64,000 nt of DNA from assembly GCA_038065275.1 (NCBI GenBank), contig JBBTRH010000005.1:26466-90465 (forward strand). The letters run 5' to 3'. Below the pieces are notes generated by a model that was given only the letters and a program-made list of their open reading frames with translations, was not told the DNA's origin and did no database searches. Both the position numbers and the translations under genes were made by a program. The stretch is from Patescibacteria group bacterium. GTDB lineage: Bacteria > Patescibacteriota > Patescibacteriia > SBBC01 > CAIJZX01. Shown piece after piece: positions 38,768 to 49,901 of this stretch (its first letter is position 1; the number at the start of each line of letters is the position of its first letter).

Positions 38768-39439
38768 CTAAAAGCTTTTCTTTGGTTTCCGAACTGACTG
38801 TAATCGTGACTTAATACCGCTTGATAAAGTTCGGATACTTCCCAGATATGAAGTCTCATTGAGGTGAACGACTTCCGTTCGACCTTCGGGATGAATATTC
38901 AGTATCGTCAATCCTCCGTTAGACATAGAGAAATCTTCTCGTTCCACATCGGCTCCTCCTTCGACCATCAATTCGAGTACGGAGTAAAGAAAAAACCCGT
39001 GACTGACTACGAGAATTGTTTCATGGTCAGGTCGCTCTTTCACTCGCGTTAACCAGGTAGCCGCTCGATGTTTGACGTCGCGTAAAGATTCACCACCCTC
39101 TGGCTTCCAATCCCGAAAACCAAGACCTGAAGATTTTTCGGCTTCTTCACGTTCGGCCACCGTCCGTGATGCGAACACCCCCGTGTCACGTTCGCGGATG
39201 TCCCGATCGACGAGACGCGCGGTTTGCGGGTGATGTTCTGCTATGATGTCTGCGGTCTCTTGCGCCCGAGGTAAATTACTACAATAAATTACATCGATAT
39301 GCTCGTCGCGCAATCGTTGGGCGACAGCCTTAGCTTGTAACCTTCCGGTATCATTGAGACCAATAGTACTTGCTACGCCAGGGGCATGTTTATTTTTATT
39401 TCTATCCGTTTCGCCGTGGCGCACTAAAATACATTTCAT
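38768..39439 (-). CDS. Histidine phosphatase family protein
   Basis: LVRHGET, S.L.RA.ETA, GGES and VVSHG motifs. Confidence 0.93.
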   Translation of the reverse strand: MKCILVRHGETDRNKNKHAPGVASTIGLNDTGRLQAKAVAQRLRDEHIDVIYCSNLPRAQETADIIAEHHPQTARLVDRDIRERDTGVFASRTVAEREEAEKSSGLGFRDWKPEGGESLRDVKHRAATWLTRVKERPDHETILVVSHGFFLYSVLELMVEGGADVEREDFSMSNGGLTILNIHPEGRTEVVHLNETSYLGSIRTLSSGIKSRLQSVRKPKKSF

Positions 39440-39647
39440 GCTTGGAATGTACCACACTTGGATAATATTTGACACCACACACCGCGGGTTCAGCCCTCCT
39501 GCCCTGCCTGTCTCGAGCTTGTCGAGGGAAGGAGGGCGCGGGGTGGCGGGAGAAACCCGCGGTGTGTGGAATGATAAAAGCATGGGCAGGCCAGTGATTA
39601 GGCCTTCGCCTTGCCGCCGATGCCATTGTCTGGGAGCCAATCGAGGA

Positions 39648-40139
39648 TCAGATAGACGCGCGTCCGCGATCCGGCATCAGATAGACGCGCGTCCGCGATC
39701 CTGCCTGCCGACGGACGCGTCCAGTCAGATGAAAACCGAATTTCTTCCCCAGGGCAATGGACCTTTTATTCCGGCGCCACACAAACATCCGAGCGCGTTT
39801 AATACCGAGCTTTTGTATCCGGACACGAAGTTGGGTGGCAATAGTAGTCCCGTATCCATGTCCCCAAAGATTGGGACGGCCAATCATGATTTGGATTTCG
39901 GCCGGATCATGTCCGCGGACAGTGACATGGCCGATGGGCTGTTTTCCCTCTATGACCATCCAGTGACGAGCGCGGCGACTATGTGCCAACTGCCCGAAAA
40001 GCCGGTGCACATCGGTGGCGGATAGTGGCCGGTGGTCTCCGCTCGTTAAGTGAATCAGCCGCGGGTCGCGCCACCATCGGGAGAAATAGCGTTCATCAGA
40101 CAACCGAACACGTCGTAATGACAGTGAGGTTCGCTTCAT
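39648..40139 (-). CDS. GNAT (RimJ/RimL-like) acetyltransferase, C-terminus altered by a duplication
   Basis: WGHGYGT, N.RSI...KFGF. Confidence 0.85.
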   Translation of the reverse strand: MKRTSLSLRRVRLSDERYFSRWWRDPRLIHLTSGDHRPLSATDVHRLFGQLAHSRRARHWMVIEGKQPIGHVTVRGHDPAEIQIMIGRPNLWGHGYGTTIATQLRVRIQKLGIKRARMFVWRRNKRSIALGKKFGFHLTGRVRRQAGSRTRVYLMPDRGRASI

Positions 40140-40272
40140 GATTCAACTATATCAACACGGACACACCCCGGGAAAGGAACGTCTGGAAGAAAATGAAACG
40201 TCGGACTAATCATGCCTTGGCCCTATCCCCCACAATCGCCTCGGCTACGTTTTGGGGTGGACTGGAGATTCC

Positions 40273-40695
40273 TTATTCCTTCTTCTTTTCGAATGTGCGT
40301 TTGAGTTCGATTCTCTTGGCCGCGTGGTCGAAGGTAACCTTGAAAAACTCAAAGAATCCAATCTGCCCAACCACGCCATGTGCTTGGCTACCCATATCCG
40401 GCATGAATCCGGCTTCAGTTTTGAATCTCCACGAACCGCCGATAATCATGGTTACCGGATGAATGTAGTATGTCCGAACGTCACCAGTGATACCGGCCAC
40501 TTCGTGACGACGTCCGCCCGTGACATCAAAACCCATGATCTCGGCCAACTGCGCGTCGAAAATGTTACGGTCGGCTCCGGAATCAACCAGAACTTCATAC
40601 GACACTGTCACACCAGCCCGCTCGATTTCAACCGCAACCACCGGGCGATAGATACCCGGTCCGTAGTTCTTGTAGTCAAATTTTAGTTCGGCCAT
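40273..40695 (-). CDS. Retropepsin-like aspartyl protease
   Basis: LVDSGAD and G..GFF..FKVTFD motifs. Confidence 0.85.
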   Translation of the reverse strand: MAELKFDYKNYGPGIYRPVVAVEIERAGVTVSYEVLVDSGADRNIFDAQLAEIMGFDVTGGRRHEVAGITGDVRTYYIHPVTMIIGGSWRFKTEAGFMPDMGSQAHGVVGQIGFFEFFKVTFDHAAKRIELKRTFEKKKE

Positions 40696-40886
40696 CCCGA
40701 ACCGACGTACGTCACCAGGCGCTCAGGCATTCGGGCTAACACTGGTTTTTTGTGGCCCTTGCGCTGGGCTTCATCCCAAGCCTGCTTCGCGGTTTTGCCG
40801 CTGCCAACCACCGTTCGTTCATCTGACTTTAGGGCGACCCAAAGCCCCTGATAGCGCTTGTATATTTCGGACCAATCGATGGCCAT
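40683..40886 (-). CDS. DUF5678-like small protein
   Basis: Y.G.WVAL....VVGSG pattern; overlaps the protease. Confidence 0.75.
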   Translation of the reverse strand: MAIDWSEIYKRYQGLWVALKSDERTVVGSGKTAKQAWDEAQRKGHKKPVLARMPERLVTYVGSGWPN

Positions 40887-40945
40887 AGTGTATCAAGATT
40901 ATCGCCAAACTCCCAACATGTCAAGGCCCTTTGAAGGAACCTGAG

Positions 40946-43024
40946 TTAGGCCTTAACCCTTTCACCGATGATGGCCTCGGCCACATTCCGCGGCACGGCT
41001 TGGTAGTAGGCGAACTCCATCGAGTATGAGGCGCGGCCTTGGGTCATTGAACGCAAGGAGGTGGCGTAGCCGAACATTTCGCCCAAGGGCACGTGGGCGT
41101 CGACCACTTTGGCCAGCCCGCGGTTGGTCATGGCGTTGATCACCGCGCGTTTGCTGTTCAGGTCGCCGATGACGTCGCCCATGTTCGCTTCCGGCGTGAT
41201 GACCTCGACCTTCATGATCGGCTCGAGCAGGACGGGCTTGGCCCGGCGGGCGGCTTCTTTGAAACCGATGGAGCCGGCGACTTTGAAAGCCGCTTCGCTC
41301 GAATCGACTTCGTGGTACGACCCGTCAAAGACCGTGGCCTTGATATCAACCATCGGGTAGCCGGCCACTACGCCGCTGTCCATCGCCTCTTTTATGCCTT
41401 TATTGATCGGGGTGATAAACTCGCGCGGGATGACGCCGCCCTTGACTTCGTCGATGAATTCGTAGCCTTGGCCCGGCTCGTTCGGCTCGACGCGGATCCA
41501 GCAGTGGCCGTACTGACCGCGGCCGCCGGACTGCTTGATGTACTTGCCTTCGCCCTCGGCGGTGTGGGTGATCGTTTCGCGGTAGGCGACGCGCGGCCGG
41601 CCGACGTTGGCTTCGACTTTAAACTCGCGCTTCATCCGGTCGACGATGATTTCGAGGTGGAGCTCGCCCATGCCGGAGATGATGGTCTGGGCGGTTTCTT
41701 CGTCGGAGCGGACGCGGAAAGTCGGGTCTTCCTCGGCCAAGCGTGACAACGCGATACCCATTTTCTCCTGGTCTTGCTTCGTTTTCGGCTCGATCGCGAT
41801 GTCGATCACCGGTTCGGGGAAGACGATGTTCTCCAGCTTGATTGGGTGGTCGGGGTCGCACAGCGAATCGCCGGTAACCGTCCCTTTCAGGCCGACCGCG
41901 GCCGCAATTTCTCCGGCGAACACTTCGTCGACGTCCTCGCGGTGGTTGGCATGGAGCCGAACGATGCGGCCGATTCGTTCTTTGTCGCCGGTCGTGGTGT
42001 TGAGCACATAGGAACCGGCGGCTAAATGTCCGGCGTAGACGCGGAAGAAGACTAGCTTGCCGACGAACGGGTCGGTGGCGATTTTGAAGGCCAAGGCGGT
42101 AAACGGCGCGTCATCGCTGGCCGGACGCGTTATCTCGGCCGCGGTGGTTGGATCAATACCGGTCACCGGCGGAATGTCCAGCGGCGAGGGCAGGAAATCA
42201 TTGACCGCGTCGAGCAGGAACTGGACGCCTTTGTTTTTGAGCGCCGAGCCGCACAGCACCGGCACGAGCTTGTTGGCAACGACCGCTTTGCGCAACGCGG
42301 CTTTCAGTTCGGGAATCGTCGGCTCGGTGCCGCCGAGATATTTTTCCAACAACACGTCGTCGGTTTCACTAATCGCTTCGATAAGTTTGTGACGGTACTC
42401 TTCGACCCGATCCTTCATGTCGGCCGGGACGTCGACGTGTTCCCACTCCTTGCCCAGGTCATCTTTGTAGATCTCCGCTTTGCGCTCGAACAGGTCGATA
42501 ATGCCGGTGAATGTCTCGGCCGCGCCGATCGGCAGTTGAACCGGGTGCGCGTTGGTGGTCAGCCGCTCGTAGATGGATTTGATGTCGAAATAAAAGTCGG
42601 CGCCGATCCGGTCCATTTTGTTGATGAAACAAATGCGCGGGACGCGATACTTCTCGGCTTGGTGCCAGACGGTTTCCGACTGCGGCTCAACGCCGGCCAC
42701 TCCGTCGAATACGACCACCCCGCCGTCAAGCACGCGCAAGCTACGTTGGACTTCAACGGTGAAGTCGATGTGACCGGGAGTATCGATGATGTTGATGCGA
42801 TGGTCTTTCCAGAAGCAGGTCGTCGCCGCGGCGGTAATGGTGATGCCGCGTTCTTTTTCCTGCTCCATCCAGTCCATTTCCGCCGCGCCTTCGTGAACTT
42901 CGCCAATTTTATGTTTTTTACCCGTGTAGAATAAAATGCGTTCCGATACCGTGGTTTTCCCGGCATCGATATGCGCAATAATGCCTATGTTGCGCGTTTG
43001 TTCTAGAGAATATTCGCGGGGCAT
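40946..43024 (-). CDS. fusA: Elongation factor G
   Basis: [14 protein letters not shown] and GMGELHL motifs. Confidence 0.99.
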   Translation of the reverse strand: MPREYSLEQTRNIGIIAHIDAGKTTVSERILFYTGKKHKIGEVHEGAAEMDWMEQEKERGITITAAATTCFWKDHRINIIDTPGHIDFTVEVQRSLRVLDGGVVVFDGVAGVEPQSETVWHQAEKYRVPRICFINKMDRIGADFYFDIKSIYERLTTNAHPVQLPIGAAETFTGIIDLFERKAEIYKDDLGKEWEHVDVPADMKDRVEEYRHKLIEAISETDDVLLEKYLGGTEPTIPELKAALRKAVVANKLVPVLCGSALKNKGVQFLLDAVNDFLPSPLDIPPVTGIDPTTAAEITRPASDDAPFTALAFKIATDPFVGKLVFFRVYAGHLAAGSYVLNTTTGDKERIGRIVRLHANHREDVDEVFAGEIAAAVGLKGTVTGDSLCDPDHPIKLENIVFPEPVIDIAIEPKTKQDQEKMGIALSRLAEEDPTFRVRSDEETAQTIISGMGELHLEIIVDRMKREFKVEANVGRPRVAYRETITHTAEGEGKYIKQSGGRGQYGHCWIRVEPNEPGQGYEFIDEVKGGVIPREFITPINKGIKEAMDSGVVAGYPMVDIKATVFDGSYHEVDSSEAAFKVAGSIGFKEAARRAKPVLLEPIMKVEVITPEANMGDVIGDLNSKRAVINAMTNRGLAKVVDAHVPLGEMFGYATSLRSMTQGRASYSMEFAYYQAVPRNVAEAIIGERVKA

Positions 43025-43035
43025 AAAATTACTAT

Positions 43036-43914
43036 TTACCAGGGCACCGGAGCGGGACGACTGGTGTTGGGCTTTTTCACAAAATCAATCAGTTGCGGCA
43101 GGGAAAATTTCGTTGGTTGATGCCCGCTTGATGGATCGACGTTCGAGGTTAAAATCTTTTTACTCTGGTGCAAGTACCACGATCCCGGTTCAAGGGCATT
43201 GAGTTTCTTGGACAGGTCGGTCAGGTCGACTTGGCTGTTCGCCGGCGCGCGGTAATCGCCGAAGGCTTTGGTCGGGTCGGTCTGGACGCGGAGAATAAAG
43301 TGATGATGATAGGCCATCGCGTCGGAGCCGCGGAAACTGCTGTGCACGGCCACCGCCTTTCCCCACTGCGTTTTAAACTCAATGCGCTTATCCCAATCGA
43401 GAAGGAACTTCGCGCGTTCATCGAGTTGCGCCGCGACCGCGGCGATAATCTCTAAACCTTTCTGCATTAGTACTTGGTCGTCTTGATGTACCATCCAGAT
43501 GCCTCGCAGGATGGCCGGGATGGAGAAACTGGTGTAGTTCGGATCGGTGATTTCCCACTGTCCGGTGTCTTCTTTGTGGGCGTAGTCGACCAGCCACTCA
43601 ATGGCTTTATCCTCGAAGCGATCGTTGGGAATCAAACCACGATGCAACAAGTCCTGGTACACCAATTGACAACAGGAATGGCCGACTTGTAGACGATGCT
43701 CGTCAAATTTTCCCCGGCCGACGCCGATGGCAACGTACTGCTCACCGGTCGGGACATTACTGCCGTCAGTCGTGTAGCCGACAAATTGAAAGGCGGCGTC
43801 TTTAAGCGCCGGATCGAACGTGGTCAGCAACCAAGCGGCCACGACTTCGTCGAGGTGGGGTTTGCGGTGGGTGACGATAGTTAGCCTGGGCGGCTGTCGG
43901 TTGGGGTTGTCCAT
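43036..43914 (-). CDS. MYG1/DHH-like hydrolase
   Basis: IVTH..PHLDE and G.FDEH motifs. Confidence 0.6.
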   Translation of the reverse strand: MDNPNRQPPRLTIVTHRKPHLDEVVAAWLLTTFDPALKDAAFQFVGYTTDGSNVPTGEQYVAIGVGRGKFDEHRLQVGHSCCQLVYQDLLHRGLIPNDRFEDKAIEWLVDYAHKEDTGQWEITDPNYTSFSIPAILRGIWMVHQDDQVLMQKGLEIIAAVAAQLDERAKFLLDWDKRIEFKTQWGKAVAVHSSFRGSDAMAYHHHFILRVQTDPTKAFGDYRAPANSQVDLTDLSKKLNALEPGSWYLHQSKKILTSNVDPSSGHQPTKFSLPQLIDFVKKPNTSRPAPVPW

Positions 43915-43938
43915 GGCCGAATCGTTCATGTCCTGGCG

Positions 43939-44664
43939 CTATCCCGCCTGGCCATGAGTGTATAGTTCGACCAGGTCGGCCAGCGGCTTGATCCGGCCGC
44001 GGAGCTTGGACGCTCGCGTGACCAGTTTTTTCCACGTTTCCAACGAAGCTTGGCGAGGGTCACGTTGCAGTTCTTCGACCGGAACGTCCTCAAGCAATCG
44101 GTCGTAGTCCTGTCGGATGGAGACATGGATTGTCGCCAGCGTCGTCCGCGTAATACTGGCCGGGAGCGGATCGATTTTTACCCACAGATGCGATATTTCA
44201 CTTTCCGTGTCGGACAACTGGTTAAAAAATACCCGGGCCAGCTCTTGCCGCAGATCGTCGTGTTCGCGCAGTAAATTTTCTTTCTCATTAGTTACAGACT
44301 GCCGGGCGCCGTTTTCAACTGCGGTTTCTAACATCGCCTCAATTTTACCGGCTAACGTTTCCTGATCGCGTTGGATTTGGCCGATTTTTCCCGCCACCAC
44401 CGCAATTTCCTTTTCGAACTCCGCCCATTCCTCAGGCGATGCATGGTCTTGTTGGGTTAATAGTTCGCCATACTTGTCAAGCAACGGATCAAGCTCCGCC
44501 ATTTGCGAATTAACTGCCCGGAGTCGTTTTAACTCTTGTTCTGCCTCGGTCATGATCGATAAAGCCTCCCGGACATTCGGTTCGAGGTCCATCAGATGAG
44601 TTTCTCGCTCTTCGGTTCTGGTGCGGTCTTGTTCCTGTTCAGGAATTCCTTCTCGTGCGACCAT
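43939..44664 (-). CDS. Hypothetical acidic coiled-coil protein
   Basis: Long E/L/Q-rich ORF, co-oriented with the str operon. Confidence 0.6.
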   Translation of the reverse strand: MVAREGIPEQEQDRTRTEERETHLMDLEPNVREALSIMTEAEQELKRLRAVNSQMAELDPLLDKYGELLTQQDHASPEEWAEFEKEIAVVAGKIGQIQRDQETLAGKIEAMLETAVENGARQSVTNEKENLLREHDDLRQELARVFFNQLSDTESEISHLWVKIDPLPASITRTTLATIHVSIRQDYDRLLEDVPVEELQRDPRQASLETWKKLVTRASKLRGRIKPLADLVELYTHGQAG

Positions 44665-44665
44665 A

Positions 44666-44697
44666 TTACGCGAAGTGGGCGAAGGCACGGCTGGCCT
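44666..44697 (-). repeat. Duplicate of the last 32 bp of rpsG
   Basis: 30/32 identical to 44758-44789. Confidence 0.85.
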
Positions 44698-44757
44698 GCC
44701 GAAGCCGGCATGGTACTCTGTCCGCGGAAATAACGATTGTCTGTCGACCGGTCATAT

Positions 44758-45222
44758 TTATGCGAAGTGGGCGAAGGCACGGTTGGCCTCGGCCATGCGA
44801 TGAACGTCCTGCTTTTTCTTGATCGCGTCGCCCTGGTTGGTCGAGGCCAGGACCAGTTCTTCGGCCAGCTTGACGGCCATCGGACGGCCCTTTTTTGAGC
44901 GGGCGGCGTTGATGATCCAGCGGAAGGCCAAGGCTTGGCGGCGCTTCGGCGTGACTTCAATCGGCACTTGGTAGTTCGAACCGCCGACGCGCCGGGACTT
45001 GACTTCGACGATCGGGGCCACGTTTTTGACCGCCGCTTCGAAAATGCCGAGCGGCGCTTGTTTGGTCTGCTCGGCAACCTTGGTCAGGCCGGCGTAGACG
45101 ACCTTGCGGGCCACCGACTTCTTGCCCCGGGTCATGACGTTATTGATAAATTTCGCCAATAATACCGAATCGTACCTCGGGTCGGGAAGAATTTCTCGGG
45201 TCGGTGCTTGTTTACCGCGCAT
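44758..45222 (-). CDS. rpsG: 30S ribosomal protein S7
   Basis: RRVGGSNYQVP..MAEANRAFAH. Confidence 0.98.
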   Translation of the reverse strand: MRGKQAPTREILPDPRYDSVLLAKFINNVMTRGKKSVARKVVYAGLTKVAEQTKQAPLGIFEAAVKNVAPIVEVKSRRVGGSNYQVPIEVTPKRRQALAFRWIINAARSKKGRPMAVKLAEELVLASTNQGDAIKKKQDVHRMAEANRAFAHFA

Positions 45223-45256
45223 GAAGATTTAGGATTTAGGGATTAGGATTTAAGAG

Positions 45257-45685
45257 CTAGGATTTTTTCTCGCTCGGGCGCTTGGCGCCGTAGATCGATC
45301 GGCTTTGCCGTCGGTCTTGGACGCCTTGGGTGTCGTAGACGCCGCGGACGATGTGGTACCGAACGCCGGGCAGGTCTTTAACGCGGCCGCCGCGGATTAA
45401 TACAATCGAGTGTTCCTGAAGGTTGTGGCCGACGCCCGGGATGTAGGCGGTTACTTCCTGGCCGTTCGACAGCCGGACGCGAGCGATTTTCCGTAAGGCC
45501 GAGTTCGGTTTCTTGGGGGTGGTGGTCGTGACTTTGACGCAGACGCCGCGCTTGAACGGACTGCCTTTCGGCAGGTAGGTCCGGCGACGCCGGACAGCGT
45601 TCATGATCGACTCTAGCGCCGGCGTCTTCAACTTTTTCGGCGTGACCTGGCGGCCGCGGCGGACGAGTTGGCTGATGGTGGGCAT
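45257..45685 (-). CDS. rpsL: 30S ribosomal protein S12
   Basis: [22 protein letters not shown]. Confidence 0.98.
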   Translation of the reverse strand: MPTISQLVRRGRQVTPKKLKTPALESIMNAVRRRRTYLPKGSPFKRGVCVKVTTTTPKKPNSALRKIARVRLSNGQEVTAYIPGVGHNLQEHSIVLIRGGRVKDLPGVRYHIVRGVYDTQGVQDRRQSRSIYGAKRPSEKKS

Positions 45686-45705
45686 AATGATGCGAAGCGG
45701 ATGAG

Positions 45706-45734
45706 ATTCTAACGGTTCTGGCGAACCGTGTCAA
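45706..45734 (-). promoter_or_regulatory. sigma70-like promoter of rpsL
   Basis: TTGACA-17 bp-TAGAAT. Confidence 0.8.
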
Positions 45735-45847
45735 TGGCGAGGAGTATTATCAAAAGCCGCTACTGGAGCGACGATAAAACGAATAAAACCTCAATCACTA
45801 TACCATCACCCCCGTCGATCCGTCAAACATTTAACAGCCGCCCACCC

Positions 45848-46483
45848 CTACAGGAGAGCGCCGAGGCCGACCGCTCGCAAGACAAGTGATATTCCGCCGA
45901 CGATGTAGGCGCTCAACAATCCCCCGCCCAATACCAACAGGAACAAGAGCAGGAACATTCCGTACTGACGCAAGGTCCGCACCAGCGGGTTTTCCGGTCC
46001 CAACCAAGCCTCCAAGATATGTGAGCCGTCGAGCGGCGAAATGGGGATGAGGTTAAACACCGCTAAGGCGGCATTGAGCATGACCAGGGTCTGCAAGAAC
46101 AGCAGCAGCAGATTGCCCTTCGGCAGTCCCGCGCCAGCGTAGAGCAGAAAATAACCGGCGGCCGTGGCAATAATCAGGTTGGAAATCGGGCCGGCGATGG
46201 CCACTAACAGCGGCCCCCAGCGGCGGCTCCGTAGATTATACGGATTATACGGCGCCGGCCGGCCCCAACCGATGCCGGCTACCACGATGGCAATCGTCCC
46301 CCACGGGTCGAGGTGCCGGAGCGGATTAAGCGTCAGTCGTCCCAGCGCCTTGCCCGTCTGATCGCCTTGGAGGTAGGCACTCAAGACATGGGAAAATTCG
46401 TGGACGCCGATCGACACCGCCAGGGCGATGAAGCCGACGATGAAAGCCGGCGGATTAGAGAACAGGGTGCTGAGGGTGAACAT
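45848..46483 (-). CDS. Site-2 protease (M50)
   Basis: HEFSH, AGPISN and [11 protein letters not shown] motifs. Confidence 0.93.
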   Translation of the reverse strand: MFTLSTLFSNPPAFIVGFIALAVSIGVHEFSHVLSAYLQGDQTGKALGRLTLNPLRHLDPWGTIAIVVAGIGWGRPAPYNPYNLRSRRWGPLLVAIAGPISNLIIATAAGYFLLYAGAGLPKGNLLLLFLQTLVMLNAALAVFNLIPISPLDGSHILEAWLGPENPLVRTLRQYGMFLLLFLLVLGGGLLSAYIVGGISLVLRAVGLGALL

Positions 46484-46524
46484 GAGATGAATATTGCTTA
46501 GTTTAATCTAATATCGCGTGTATG

Positions 46525-48579
46525 TCAGGCCCTAATCGTTGGTGCCTCGACCCTGAATCGGGGTAGTGACCATAACGCTAAGGCATAAAGCACGGCCACC
46601 ACGATGACGAGTGTTTGGTACCCGATAATAAGCGAGGTGTATTCCAGCACTCCGCCGACCATGGCTCCAATCAGGTTGGCCGCCATCGCGTCCGTTGAGG
46701 AATCGCTGGCTCGTAAACGCGAAGCAAAGATGCAATTCGCCAGAAAGATTGGCAGAAATGCAATTACGACCGCCATCATAAATCGCGGCACCACCGCATA
46801 ACTCAGCAACCACGCTTCCGGTACAACCCAGGCAATTGCCAGTGAGGCGAAGAGCGCGAGGTACCAAGGCAGATATCGTTTGATGGTTAATCGCCGCGCC
46901 AAGGTAACGGTCAGGAAGACGACCATCAAGATGCCGCCGAAAACCAGCGCGTTGACAAACCACGTGGTTCCGAACAAGAGCGCAAAGTGAACTACGTTTT
47001 TTGTTTCTAGGGCCATGAACGCCGCGCCCATCCAAAAAAGATCGGCGTAGGGAGATAAACGACGCCAAGTACCGCCGGTTAGGCGTACTGAAAAAAACGA
47101 CACGAGTAAGATGCCGGCAATCGCCAACAGATAAAATTTTGGAATTGATCGATAATGGAGGTACAGGAATGGATAGGTATCTGCCACCGGTTTGATTGAA
47201 GCTTCAGTTGCCACCCACGTCTCCGGACACGTCACCGGGCGATCAGGTTTCGCGACCGAAAGTACAGCGAAGTTATCTCCTTGACCCTTGGTCTCAACGC
47301 ACGGCGCCCGATGAAAGACCTGGTTCATGGTGGCTTCCAGCCGATCAATCAGCCACGGTTGGCGATAATAATTGTACATCGAGAACATCCCGCCCGGTTG
47401 AAGATGGCGAGCGACCGTGGCCACCGCTTCTTTAGTGAACATGTAACTTTCGAGGCGCAGTGACGACTGGCCAGCCACGAGCGTCAGTGAATCCGGGAGG
47501 GCAAAAATAATCAAGTCATACATTTCTTTCGTTCGTTCCAAATATGAACGACCGTCGTTGATATAGAGACTGACGCGAGAATCATCGTACGGACGATCAG
47601 GGTTTTTTTCCCGACCCAGCCGCGCGAGCACCGGATCAATCTCCACTGCATCAACATGCTCCACGCCTTGATTTAGAGCAACGGCCACATCTGTTCCGGT
47701 ACCGGCCCCGATAATTAAGACCTTCTTCGGCGGCATCGCGCCGTAGCGTTGATAAGGAATGGTGTAAAACGATTCGTATTGGCGTAGCAAAGCTAGCGGA
47801 GTGATCTGCTGATGCGGTATGCCATTAACTAAAAACAGCGTCGTGTCTTGGTCAATGCTCTGATCGTGATGCGTTTTGGTAGTGATTTTGTAGTACGGTG
47901 ACCACTGGGTATTTGATTGGAGCGACTCAAGGCCGAGAAATCCAACTATGGCCAGAATCGGCACCACCATCAATCGACGTTGCGGTCTGGTAGCGAGTAT
48001 CAGCAAACAGCCGCCGACAATCGCTCCCCACACGAATGGGGGCCAACCAAGAAAGGAAATACTGCTGAACACCGCGATACCAGCCAAACTCCCTAGCAAG
48101 TCCAATCGATACGCTTGGAGCGACGGTAATTGGGAAAATGCCTGAGCCAGCGTTTGTGCCAAGGTGGCAAATATCGCGGCCACGCAGACAAAAATAAATG
48201 GCAGTATTGCCCAGATAGGCAATCCAGTTAGTTTATCGCCGACGGCGCTAAAGAAGAGGAGGCTGGTCGAATCCCTGACAATTTGGACCGGGAAGAAGTA
48301 AACGATGGCCACAAACGAAACTAGAATGTACGGTACGAAAGTCAACAATGACCGGTACCGGCGCCAGAGAAAACCAAGCCCAATACCAAGGAAACTTCCT
48401 AACAAGATGAAATTGGTGAAGTAGGAAAGGTGAACAATATTTGCACCTGCCCAACGAATCAGCGATAACTCAAGAAACAGGATCAGGCCGCTGGTAAGAC
48501 TAACAATAAAACTCGGTCGCAACTGACGACCACCACCCGCCTCCGTTGACATCAATTTTTGTGGGGCTTGAATTTCCAT
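46525..48579 (-). CDS. Membrane-fused spermidine synthase-like SAM-dependent protein
   Basis: TM blocks flank VLIIGAGTG.D..VEID..DGR; start uncertain. Confidence 0.82.
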   Translation of the reverse strand: MEIQAPQKLMSTEAGGGRQLRPSFIVSLTSGLILFLELSLIRWAGANIVHLSYFTNFILLGSFLGIGLGFLWRRYRSLLTFVPYILVSFVAIVYFFPVQIVRDSTSLLFFSAVGDKLTGLPIWAILPFIFVCVAAIFATLAQTLAQAFSQLPSLQAYRLDLLGSLAGIAVFSSISFLGWPPFVWGAIVGGCLLILATRPQRRLMVVPILAIVGFLGLESLQSNTQWSPYYKITTKTHHDQSIDQDTTLFLVNGIPHQQITPLALLRQYESFYTIPYQRYGAMPPKKVLIIGAGTGTDVAVALNQGVEHVDAVEIDPVLARLGREKNPDRPYDDSRVSLYINDGRSYLERTKEMYDLIIFALPDSLTLVAGQSSLRLESYMFTKEAVATVARHLQPGGMFSMYNYYRQPWLIDRLEATMNQVFHRAPCVETKGQGDNFAVLSVAKPDRPVTCPETWVATEASIKPVADTYPFLYLHYRSIPKFYLLAIAGILLVSFFSVRLTGGTWRRLSPYADLFWMGAAFMALETKNVVHFALLFGTTWFVNALVFGGILMVVFLTVTLARRLTIKRYLPWYLALFASLAIAWVVPEAWLLSYAVVPRFMMAVVIAFLPIFLANCIFASRLRASDSSTDAMAANLIGAMVGGVLEYTSLIIGYQTLVIVVAVLYALALWSLPRFRVEAPTIRA

Positions 48580-48633
48580 ACGCCCTATGATACTATGGCT
48601 CGGCTGAACTTTCAATCATTTAAGGTTTCAAAT

Positions 48634-48819
48634 ATGGCTCGAACTTGTACTGTCTGCGGACGCGGCGCGATGAACAGTCTGACCCGCAGTCACTCCAACA
48701 TCGCCACCAAAGTCAAGCAACACGTCAACCTGCAGACCGCCCTCCATGGAGGCAAACGCGTTAAGGCTTGCGCGTCTTGTATTCGCACCGAGACCAAAAG
48801 ATTGAAGGCAAAAACTTAA
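48634..48819 (+). CDS. rpmB: 50S ribosomal protein L28
   Basis: MARTCTVCG..SHS..NLQ..CASCIR. Confidence 0.93.
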   Translation: MARTCTVCGRGAMNSLTRSHSNIATKVKQHVNLQTALHGGKRVKACASCIRTETKRLKAKT

Positions 48820-48863
48820 CCCCGCTTAACGTCAACATCCCAACCTGGCGAGGTGTTTTTCGT

Positions 48864-49895
48864 TTACGGCTTCAACACCCGCCACTCCAAGAACAAGAGC
48901 GCAAACCACCCGACCAACTGGACGTACCACAGGATCTGTTGAACCTGTTCGGCGCGGCGTTCGGTGGTAATAGTGAAATGACTGCTGGCCACCGAGGACA
49001 TGTCTTCCAGGCTGGCTAAAACCTGGCGGATGCTCTGGCGCCAGCGGTCGAGGTGGAGTTTCTTGCCCACTAAGGCGTACAGCTGACCGGCGTACCAGTC
49101 GCCGATCAGCTGGATGTCGCGTTCGGCGTGCTCGAATTCGGCGATCGACTGCGTCCGCAGGCGCATCAGTTCGGTCATCATTTTCCGCACTTCCCGCGCG
49201 GAGATTTTCGGCACGCGATGCAGGATGTCAACCATGGCGTCCAGCCGCTGATCGAGCAGTTGGTCGAGGCGGCGTAAACGCAGGAGGTTGACGTTGGCCA
49301 CTTCCAGGACATCGATTGTGTCCTGCCAATCGCGGTGGATGTCGAAAATGAAAGCGCCGTCCCAATCGATGATGGTTAAATCATCTTTGGCGTACTGTAA
49401 ACTCGATTCGTGCATCGTCTTGTCGATTTCCGTTTGGCTGAGCTCAACGTTTTCGCTCTTGAGCAGGGGCACGATGCGATCGCCGTGGGCAAAGAACCGG
49501 TGCGGATCGCCGCGGTAGTCGGCTACGCAATAACAAGTAAACTCTTCTTTAAAGTCCGCTTCGACCGCTTGTTTGAACAGCATCGTCTCGGCCGCGGCCA
49601 ACAAGTGATCTTTGAACGCTAAAACGTCGTCGGCCAAGAGATTGTCGTGTTCAGCGGCTGCCTCGACGATGTAGTTTTCCGGCGGGACGGCTTTAAGCGT
49701 TAACGTTACGGGCCGGTCGTCAATCTTCGTTTTGGCTTGCGACAATTGTTTATACTGCGGCAGGCGGCTGGCGTAGGTCGGAAAACTGCGGATCGTTTTT
49801 AGCGGCGTGACGCCTTGCGCCGAAACATCGGCCTGGCTCTGGCCGATGACGATGGCCACGATCGTACCGGGTAATTTTGTTTTCGCTTTGAGCAT
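48864..49895 (-). CDS. Conserved hypothetical protein with C-terminal TM (RMD1/DUF155-like)
   Basis: DLTIIDWDGA, IGDWY...LY, C-terminal TM helix. Confidence 0.6.
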   Translation of the reverse strand: MLKAKTKLPGTIVAIVIGQSQADVSAQGVTPLKTIRSFPTYASRLPQYKQLSQAKTKIDDRPVTLTLKAVPPENYIVEAAAEHDNLLADDVLAFKDHLLAAAETMLFKQAVEADFKEEFTCYCVADYRGDPHRFFAHGDRIVPLLKSENVELSQTEIDKTMHESSLQYAKDDLTIIDWDGAFIFDIHRDWQDTIDVLEVANVNLLRLRRLDQLLDQRLDAMVDILHRVPKISAREVRKMMTELMRLRTQSIAEFEHAERDIQLIGDWYAGQLYALVGKKLHLDRWRQSIRQVLASLEDMSSVASSHFTITTERRAEQVQQILWYVQLVGWFALLFLEWRVLKP

Positions 49896-49901
49896 GACCG
49901 C

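Noticed and set aside
45706-45716. Family-1 terminus at the rpsL promoter (TTCTAACGG)
   Set aside because: No partner arm; it coincides with the -10 box and is probably chance.
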